A program made the translations under genes and the position numbers. DNA of 64,000 bases, from contig JAKQJG010000128.1 of the NCBI GenBank assembly GCA_029561305.1, positions 9,318-73,317 on the forward strand, read 5' to 3'. Shown one piece after another: positions 41,193-48,437 of this stretch (positions are counted from its first letter, which is position 1; each line of letters starts with the position of its first letter). Below the pieces are notes generated by a model that saw only the letters and a program-made list of their open reading frames with translations, had not been told where the DNA came from and made no database searches. The DNA comes from Bacteroidota bacterium (GTDB lineage Bacteria > Bacteroidota > Bacteroidia > Chitinophagales > Chitinophagaceae).

Positions 41193-42992
41193 TTATGACT
41201 TTAAAAGATTAATGGCCACACGCCTGTTCTTTGACTTACCTGCCGGTGTTGCATTGTCGGCTACGGGTTCATCCTGCCCTTTTCCTTCCAGCTTTTGAAA
41301 ACGGGTGGCAGGAATTCCTTTTTGTATAAAGAAATTCTTAACTGCTTCTGCCCTGGCCCTCGACAAGCCATAATTACCTTCCTGTGTACCAGAGTTATCA
41401 GTGTGACCAAACAATTCCAGTTTGGCATCTTCTGCCTGTATCAGCAGGTTATATATCTGGTCAAGCACATCTTTTCCTTCGGGGCGGAGTGTAGCCCTGC
41501 CTACATCAAAGTTGATCTGCCATTCACCCGAAGCCACCTGCTGTGTTGCCTTTTTCGTATAGTCAGATACGTCAGCCTTACCGGCATCAATATTTTCAAC
41601 CGCTTTTAAAAAGGAAAGGTTTACTGCCTCTTCATAAGGGACGATCCTTTTTACGTTCTGATTAAAACCAGCGGGATTCAGATCTTTTAGATATTTTGAC
41701 ACCTGGTCGTACACCGCTTTGTAACGGTTGGTTCCATCTGTGATGCCGTAGTACTGGTTAGCATCGGCCAGGTTAAACACCCTTGTACCACCCATGTTAT
41801 AGGAGATACCGTTCTTTTCTCCCTTCTGTCCTTTAAACATATTATACCAGTAATCCGCATCTTCCATATTGAAGGTTTTGGCAACATTCTCTGCCGCTTT
41901 TCTTTTCCAGCCTTCATACTGTTTCACCTGGTTGCTGGCGATATAAGAGGCTTTTAAAATATTGCTTACGGTGGCCTTGTTTTTATCTGCCCATTCTTTC
42001 AATACGATGATCGTGGTTGCCATCTGGTTGTTAAACTCCCTGGTTGAAGCGATATCGGTAAAACCAGACAGCGCATCAAACACCATTTTATCACCGGGCG
42101 TCCAGGTAGCACAGCCATCTACTTTTTTGTTGATGGTTTTACCAGTAAGTTTTCCGTCTTTTACTTCCTTTAATGGAATGGTCCATCCTTCTTTTTGTGA
42201 TTTGATGAGTTCTTTCGAAGCTTCGATATAATCATCATTGGCAGACGCCAAAAAGTTAAGCGCCTCTGCATCATAGGTTGCAGGGTCGGGATTTACTTTA
42301 ATGTTGTTGGCAAAAGCATAATTCACAGCAGTTACCCAGTCGCCATCACCAATCACGGTTGACACCAATGCGCCTTTCATGGATTGTGGATTCAGTTTCC
42401 AGCTTGGTGGCCCGATCAGTTTATCTTCGCCATAGCTAAGACCAACGGCGCCGACTACCTGCATATTGTATTTTCCTTTTCCGTATTTATCATCCAGCGA
42501 TTGCTGAACAGAACTGATATAGAAAGGAACACCATCACCCATGATGATGATACCTGCCACACCATCTTTGGGATTGGCATTGCCTTTATCAAATTCATCC
42601 ACAAATTTCATGTGTGAATTGCGGAGCTCTGAAAGCCAGTCCTGGCGGATGATCTCCAGGTTAACACCATTCTGTTCCATTAAAGAACCCTTGGTTGTTT
42701 TGGGACCACCGTTGGCAACAATAATTCCAGACTGCCCGTTCCAGGCATAGCCAGCCAATTTTACCAATGGTTTTGAAGCGGCTTCTGTAGAGGCATCTGC
42801 CGAAGGCAAAGGCAGTTCTTCAGAGGTAGTTACATTGTTTACATCTTTATCCGTTACTTCCAGCTTTTCTAATTGCTTGGATGCATCGGTACGAAGCCCG
42901 GGTGATAAATAGTAAACACCTGCTCCGATAGCACCTGCCACACCCAGTGTGATAAGTGCTTTAGAAAAAAAAGTAAGTTTTGACCAGCCCAT
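41193..42992 (-). CDS. Membrane-anchored substrate-binding protein fused to a C-terminal OmpA/MotB peptidoglycan-binding domain
   Basis: N-terminal TM; NMT1/SsuA-like middle; C-terminal FDVGRATL..GHTD..N..LS..RA..VK..G.G..PVADN.T..G..KNRRV. Confidence 0.85.
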   Translation of the reverse strand: MGWSKLTFFSKALITLGVAGAIGAGVYYLSPGLRTDASKQLEKLEVTDKDVNNVTTSEELPLPSADASTEAASKPLVKLAGYAWNGQSGIIVANGGPKTTKGSLMEQNGVNLEIIRQDWLSELRNSHMKFVDEFDKGNANPKDGVAGIIIMGDGVPFYISSVQQSLDDKYGKGKYNMQVVGAVGLSYGEDKLIGPPSWKLNPQSMKGALVSTVIGDGDWVTAVNYAFANNIKVNPDPATYDAEALNFLASANDDYIEASKELIKSQKEGWTIPLKEVKDGKLTGKTINKKVDGCATWTPGDKMVFDALSGFTDIASTREFNNQMATTIIVLKEWADKNKATVSNILKASYIASNQVKQYEGWKRKAAENVAKTFNMEDADYWYNMFKGQKGEKNGISYNMGGTRVFNLADANQYYGITDGTNRYKAVYDQVSKYLKDLNPAGFNQNVKRIVPYEEAVNLSFLKAVENIDAGKADVSDYTKKATQQVASGEWQINFDVGRATLRPEGKDVLDQIYNLLIQAEDAKLELFGHTDNSGTQEGNYGLSRARAEAVKNFFIQKGIPATRFQKLEGKGQDEPVADNATPAGKSKNRRVAINLLKS

Positions 42993-43013
42993 AGTTTTAT
43001 TGATTTATGATTA

Positions 43014-44126
43014 TTAAGAGTTGAATATATCACCAAACCCACCGCTGTCCATTTTATCCTGGCCGGTAAGCTTGTAATTAGGGTTATTGTATTTCTGCGA
43101 CTCAGGCAAAGCATAACTGTTGGTCTTTATCTGGTCGGCCAGTTTATCCAGTTTTGAATATAATTCATCACTGTCCATTGAATACTGGCTGGTAAGAGAA
43201 TCCAGGTCAAGCAGGTTTTCTTTTGTAGTGGCAAGATCCATTGAAATGGTGTTGGTAACAACATCCAATGCATATTCCAGCTCCCAGCTTTTGGTAAACA
43301 GCATAGCACTTTTTGCCTGTTCGGTTGCTTCCCTGGCAGCCTGGGCAAAAGCGTATTCTTTTTTCAGCATATCAATACTTACATCAAAATCAGCGATCTT
43401 AATTTCCATAGCAGTGTCCACCATATTCAGCTTTCTGTCGAGCTTACCTATAACATGTGCCCTGCTGCCATACTTCCTTACTAAACCCGTGCTCTGGTTC
43501 AGCATATGGCTCACACGTTGTGCTTCGCTCAAGGTCTTCATCAGGCCCGTCTGCAATTCTACATATTCATCTGTTTCTTTTGCAGCAGCGCCCTTTGTTG
43601 CATCCAGTACGGTCATCTTGTTTTTAAACGACTCTGCCCTCGACTGCATTGTAACAACCGTATCCTGGTATTCTTTGGCTTCCTTTTCAGCTTTCAGCGA
43701 TTCGCTTTCCATATTACTTTTGATCGCTTTTATTTTCGCCTTGGCTCTTTTGAAATTTTCCCTGTTGGCTACCATTTTTTGCTTCTGTTCTTCCAGTTCG
43801 CCAAACGGATCGTACTTGATCAGTAATTTGTGCAAGGCACGGGCAAGTTTTTTAAAAGCCTTGATGATCACCGGCAATAAAATAAAAAATCCTATCACCA
43901 GCACCGCCACAGAAATAGCACCCAGGGTTTTACCTATCCAGGTAAATACGATGGGTAAAATAAAACTGTAAAGCCCCCACGCAATGGTGCCCAGTAAAAC
44001 CAATCCAACAATGCCGGCTATACCTTTTTCGCCTTTGCGCCAGTTTTGGGGGTTAAGCGAAATTTCCCCTTTTTCAAAATGCTTAAGTATAGGAAGTTCC
44101 AATACTTTTTGTGTTTCGTTTGACAT
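43014..44126 (-). CDS. Membrane-anchored coiled-coil protein, PspA/IM30-like
   Basis: Two TM helices, then YDPFGELEEQ (PspA-like DP..L) and about 250 aa of heptad helix. Confidence 0.65.
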   Translation of the reverse strand: MSNETQKVLELPILKHFEKGEISLNPQNWRKGEKGIAGIVGLVLLGTIAWGLYSFILPIVFTWIGKTLGAISVAVLVIGFFILLPVIIKAFKKLARALHKLLIKYDPFGELEEQKQKMVANRENFKRAKAKIKAIKSNMESESLKAEKEAKEYQDTVVTMQSRAESFKNKMTVLDATKGAAAKETDEYVELQTGLMKTLSEAQRVSHMLNQSTGLVRKYGSRAHVIGKLDRKLNMVDTAMEIKIADFDVSIDMLKKEYAFAQAAREATEQAKSAMLFTKSWELEYALDVVTNTISMDLATTKENLLDLDSLTSQYSMDSDELYSKLDKLADQIKTNSYALPESQKYNNPNYKLTGQDKMDSGGFGDIFNS

Positions 44127-44141
44127 TTTATTGAGGTTGTG

Positions 44142-44825
44142 TTATTTAATAAATTTCAGAATACCTTCTTTCACTGCCATCAGTCTTGACACGCTTATCT
44201 GTTTAGCGTTATCATTGGCCAGTAATTTTTCTCTTACAGTTGACTCCTGCGGACTGTATTTGGCATCTACCCCGGTTAGGTGTATCCGCTTTTGATTTAT
44301 CTCAGCTTCCAGTGCCTGCAGCTGGTTACGCAACTGGTTCACCTGCTTTGTACCCTGCTCTATGTCTGCCATCAGTTTGTTCTTCTCTTCATTGCGCCTG
44401 CCATCGATCTCATTGATCTTTTGCTGGCCCTGCATGGTATACTGGCTATGCACTTCATTGATCTTACTGATATAAAACTCTGCATCATTCACCAGTTTGT
44501 GTGAACTGATACTGCTGTCCATTGATTTGGCCATCTGGAAAGCCATTGAATAAGTTTCTGACCCGGCATTTCCCACTGCACTGATGGCCCGGTAGAACTC
44601 ATAAAAATCGTAACCAGGCATATTGATAGAGTCGATCCCTCTTTCGTAAACAGCCAGCACCTCAGTAAGTGCCGCCTGGTTTATAGGAGCTGCCTGGTGT
44701 AGAGAAGCATCGGGCATTGGCACAGTGTGGTTCACAGGAAAGGTATAGCCACCAGCTTGTACAGGCGGTGCCTTTTTTTCTTCTTCGTCCTCCGTTTTTA
44801 CAAAGAGACTTTTCCAATTTTTCAT
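44142..44825 (-). CDS. Hypothetical coiled-coil protein, first gene of the operon
   Basis: MKNWKSLF amphipathic start, Pro-rich linker, long C-terminal coiled coil. Confidence 0.8.
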   Translation of the reverse strand: MKNWKSLFVKTEDEEEKKAPPVQAGGYTFPVNHTVPMPDASLHQAAPINQAALTEVLAVYERGIDSINMPGYDFYEFYRAISAVGNAGSETYSMAFQMAKSMDSSISSHKLVNDAEFYISKINEVHSQYTMQGQQKINEIDGRRNEEKNKLMADIEQGTKQVNQLRNQLQALEAEINQKRIHLTGVDAKYSPQESTVREKLLANDNAKQISVSRLMAVKEGILKFIK

Positions 44826-45025
44826 TGCAGTAAGTAGAGTTTGTTTTTAGCTAAAGATAATTTACAGCTAAAGATAGTAATAAACCAATATCAAGGTAAA
44901 ATTGCCCGAAAGTTGAGGGCAAAAACTTTATTAAGAGGCGTTGTGCTTACATCGCAGTAGTGGTATGAGGGCATAAAGATATAAAGAAAGTAAAATGGCC
45001 GCAGGAAATTTTACGAACGGTAATT

Positions 45026-45058
45026 CACCCAGTCTGACCGTCCTGGTCTGACTGGGTG
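45026..45058 (+). repeat. REP palindrome, left
   Basis: CACCCAGTC-T-GACC-GTCCT-GGTC-T-GACTGGGTG. Confidence 0.9.
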
Positions 45059-45100
45059 TGTTGGAAACAGGAGATCATCTTTTCGAATACTTCAACTAAG

Positions 45101-45715
45101 TCAATCATCTTTTTCAAAAGATCCTAAAAAGTCTGTGTTAAAGCCTTTTTGTGTAAGACCACCAGACTGATAACCACAATACATGACGGCTAGTTCTTTA
45201 TTACATAAAGTTCCATTTCTTTTTCCGATATAATCACAGTATGATGAATATACCCAATGCTCAGGCTGTTTCACTAAACCAGCTAGTACCGGATTTTGGT
45301 GTATATAATCAAAACAACGGAAGCAATAATCCTGTAAACTATAGCGATGCTTTACAACCCAATCAGATTCTGCAACATTTTTCGCTTTGGTTTTTTGCCG
45401 GAATAAAGAACCCGTTCGTTTATACCGCTTATTGAAAACCCTTGCATACCCACTAAGCAATTTCCGGACTCCATTTGTGAGTTTTTCGATTTCAAGACCA
45501 CCCTGCTTCATTTTAGCACAACTTGCCTCGCCAGTGTACACCAGTAAGTGAAAGTGATTTGGCATCAGGCACCAAGCGATAATTTCAGTATTACTTTGAA
45601 CCTGCGTTCTTAGCATACGGAGAAAAATCAGGTAATCTTCATCACAACTAAAAATTCCCTGGCGATTGTTTCCCTGGTTGTAAATGTGATAGATATTATT
45701 GGGAAGAAACTTCAT
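45101..45715 (-). CDS. REP-associated tyrosine transposase (RAYT, HUH/Y1)
   Basis: YHIYNQGNN, CLMPNHFHLL (HUH), YIHQNPV (catalytic Tyr), WVYSSY. Confidence 0.92.
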   Translation of the reverse strand: MKFLPNNIYHIYNQGNNRQGIFSCDEDYLIFLRMLRTQVQSNTEIIAWCLMPNHFHLLVYTGEASCAKMKQGGLEIEKLTNGVRKLLSGYARVFNKRYKRTGSLFRQKTKAKNVAESDWVVKHRYSLQDYCFRCFDYIHQNPVLAGLVKQPEHWVYSSYCDYIGKRNGTLCNKELAVMYCGYQSGGLTQKGFNTDFLGSFEKDD

Positions 45716-45797
45716 TCGTTATCCAGTCAAACCATGACGGTTAGACTGAATTTGAAGATACGAACTTTAGCAGTATTTAGAATAGCGAAGAGCTTGC

Positions 45798-45836
45798 CCC
45801 GTCCCAGTCAGACCGGGACGGTCAGACTGGGACGGG
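45798..45836 (-). repeat. REP palindrome, right
   Basis: CCCGTCCCAGTC-A-GACC-GGGAC-GGTC-A-GACTGGGACGGG. Confidence 0.9.
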
Positions 45837-45847
45837 AAGTCTGGGTG

Positions 45848-48226
45848 TTAGTTCCTCAATGGCTTTCCTGTTTTCAACACACTCTGTATCCTCTCCAATG
45901 ATTTCTTTTCGCCACACAAAGAAAGAAAGGCTTCTCTTTCCAAATCCAATAAGTATTGCTCCGTTACAAGTGTTGGCTCGCTCAGATCACCTCCAGCCAT
46001 TACGTAGGCTAGTTTTTTTGCAACGGTTACATCATGCTCCGTGGCGTAATTAGCAGTACGCATGCCATGAATGCCCGCCAGCATGGCACCCAATGCACTG
46101 CGGCCGAGTACTTTGATATCTTTTCTTTGAACAGGCATTACATACCCATCATCATACATTTCGATCACCGCCTGTTTTGCTTCACTGATCCTTCTTCCAA
46201 TATTGATACTTACCTGGTCCCTTCCTTTTCTATAGATGCCTAACTCATACGCTTCATGAGCAGAAGTGGCAACTTTTGCTGTAGCGATGGTGAGGAAACG
46301 GTTTTGTAAAGTATTGGTATCCACTTCACCACTGTGCAGTTCGTCGCTGGCTCTTAATACAAATTCTTTTGTGCCGCCACCACCTGGAATAACGCCAATA
46401 CCCACTTCCACCAAACCGGTATAGGTTTCAGCAGCAGCCACTACTTTATCTGCATGCAGACTTAACTCACATGCACCACCCAACGCTAATCCATGAGGGG
46501 CCACCACAACAGGGATGGAAGAATACCTTGCTCTCATCATGCTGTTCTGGAACATGCGGATGGCCATATCGATCTCATCATAATCCTGTTCTATGGCCAG
46601 CATGAATATCATACCTACATTGGCACCCGCAGAAAAATTCTGCCCTTCGTTGGCAATAACAAGCCCTTTGTATTTTTCTTCTGCCAGGGAAATGGAGCGT
46701 TGAATACCTTCCAGTACTTCTCCTCCTATGCTGCCCATTTTAGTGTACCATTCAAGGCCAAGCACATCATCCCCGAGATGATAAGTGCGGCAGGCACTGT
46801 TTTTCCAAACGGTTTGGTTATCGAAATTCTTCATTACAATAAAGGCATCGCCGCCTGGCAATGCTTTATAGATCTTGCTACTAACGTCGTAACATAGCCG
46901 CTTTCCATTCTCTACTTTATAAAACGATTTGTTGCCGGCAGCAGTCATTTCCTCTACCCACGCAGCCACTTTAAAACCGGCTGCTTTCATAGCTTCTGTT
47001 GTTTTTGCCACACCCAATACGTCCCAGCTTTCAAAAGCACCAATTTCCCAGCCAAAGCCGGCCATCATGGCATCATCCACACGGTATATTTCATCACTTA
47101 TTTCAGGAATACGTTGACTGATATAGGAGAATAAATTGAAGTGAAATAACCTGTAGAACTCGCCTGCTTTATCAGTACCGGAACAGAGTGCTTTTAATCT
47201 TGTTTTCAGGTCTTCAATGGGTTTGGCTGCTTCCAGTGTTGCAAACTTTGGTTTTTGTCTTGGGCCGTATTCAAGTGTTTGTAAATTCAGCGTAAGAATT
47301 TCTTTTTCGCCGGCTGCAGTTTTTGTCTTTTTAAAGAAGCCTTGTTTTGTTTTATCGCCCAGCCAGTTATTAGCAACCATTTTATCCAACCATGCCGGAA
47401 TAGCAAACATGGACTTCGCTTCATCATCAGGACAATTATCAGCAACACCCTTCGCTACTTTAACCAACGTATCAATACCCACTACATCTGCTGTGCGGAA
47501 AGTGGCAGATTTAGGGCGGCCAACAACCGGCCCGGTCAATGCATCAACTTCATCTACATTCAGACCTAACTTCTCCATTGTATTCATGATCGCCATCATG
47601 CCAAACACACCAACACGATTGGCGATAAATGCAGGCGTGTCCTTGCATAATACCGTTGTCTTGCCCAATACAAGGTCGCCATAGTTCATTAAAAAATCAA
47701 CAACGGACTGGTCAGTATGCGGTGTAGGAATGATCTCTAATAACCGCAGGTATCTTGGCGGATTAAAAAAGTGTGTACCGCAGAAATGCTTTTTAAAATC
47801 ATCGCTCCTTGCTTCGGCCATTAAGTGAATAGGAATGCCTGATGTGTTGGAAGTAATTAATGTGCCGGGCTTGCGGTACTTTTCTACTTCCGTAAAAACA
47901 GCTTGCTTGATGTCCAGTCTTTCCACCACTACTTCAATCACCCAATCGCAATCAGCGATCTTCTTCATGTCATCGGTAAAGTTGCCGGTAGCAATTCTCT
48001 TTACCACATCCTGTGTATATACGGGCGATGGATTTGATTTGATCGCCGCTGTTAAAGCATCATTTACAATTTTATTTTTTTCCGCGGACTTTGCATCAGC
48101 AGGCAGATCTTTTGGTTGAATGTCTAATAACAACACCTGCAAACCCACGCCTGCAAAATGACAGGCAATGCGGCTGCCCATAACACCACTTCCTAAAACG
48201 GCTACTTTTTTGATTGTCCTTTTCAT
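45848..48226 (-). CDS. fadN: 3-hydroxyacyl-CoA dehydrogenase / enoyl-CoA hydratase (FadN-type)
   Basis: GSGVMGSRIA, EVVVERLDIK, SNTSGIP, HFFNPPRY, C-terminal crotonase ALGGACE. Confidence 0.93.
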   Translation of the reverse strand: MKRTIKKVAVLGSGVMGSRIACHFAGVGLQVLLLDIQPKDLPADAKSAEKNKIVNDALTAAIKSNPSPVYTQDVVKRIATGNFTDDMKKIADCDWVIEVVVERLDIKQAVFTEVEKYRKPGTLITSNTSGIPIHLMAEARSDDFKKHFCGTHFFNPPRYLRLLEIIPTPHTDQSVVDFLMNYGDLVLGKTTVLCKDTPAFIANRVGVFGMMAIMNTMEKLGLNVDEVDALTGPVVGRPKSATFRTADVVGIDTLVKVAKGVADNCPDDEAKSMFAIPAWLDKMVANNWLGDKTKQGFFKKTKTAAGEKEILTLNLQTLEYGPRQKPKFATLEAAKPIEDLKTRLKALCSGTDKAGEFYRLFHFNLFSYISQRIPEISDEIYRVDDAMMAGFGWEIGAFESWDVLGVAKTTEAMKAAGFKVAAWVEEMTAAGNKSFYKVENGKRLCYDVSSKIYKALPGGDAFIVMKNFDNQTVWKNSACRTYHLGDDVLGLEWYTKMGSIGGEVLEGIQRSISLAEEKYKGLVIANEGQNFSAGANVGMIFMLAIEQDYDEIDMAIRMFQNSMMRARYSSIPVVVAPHGLALGGACELSLHADKVVAAAETYTGLVEVGIGVIPGGGGTKEFVLRASDELHSGEVDTNTLQNRFLTIATAKVATSAHEAYELGIYRKGRDQVSINIGRRISEAKQAVIEMYDDGYVMPVQRKDIKVLGRSALGAMLAGIHGMRTANYATEHDVTVAKKLAYVMAGGDLSEPTLVTEQYLLDLEREAFLSLCGEKKSLERIQSVLKTGKPLRN

Positions 48227-48385
48227 ACGACTTGATTTAAGCCCTTTTGGGGTCCAGGGCAAATTAGTTAGTTAAACAACTATTTTACGAAATTAAGGGA
48301 TTCTGTTTTCTGCAAAAAATAAATGATTGCTAACCCCGTCAGCGGTTGCAAACCCTGAGGGTGGTTAAAGTAAATTCTATGAAAC

Positions 48386-48417
48386 AAAAAACCACAACCG
48401 TTTACAGTTGTGGCTTT
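48386..48417 (-). terminator. Intrinsic terminator after metG
   Basis: CCACAAC/GTTGTGG stem with a T-run on the minus strand. Confidence 0.7.
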
Positions 48418-48437
48418 GCAAAAAAAATTAATCCTGT

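Larger units (their letters stand above)
45026..45836 (-). mobile_element. REPtron: RAYT gene flanked by inverted REP palindromes
   Basis: Left REP 45026-45058 and right REP 45798-45836; their 29-bp cores are 28/29 identical in inverted orientation. Confidence 0.88.

Noticed and set aside
43120-43971. 283-aa plus-strand ORF
   Set aside because: Antisense shadow of the PspA-like gene.
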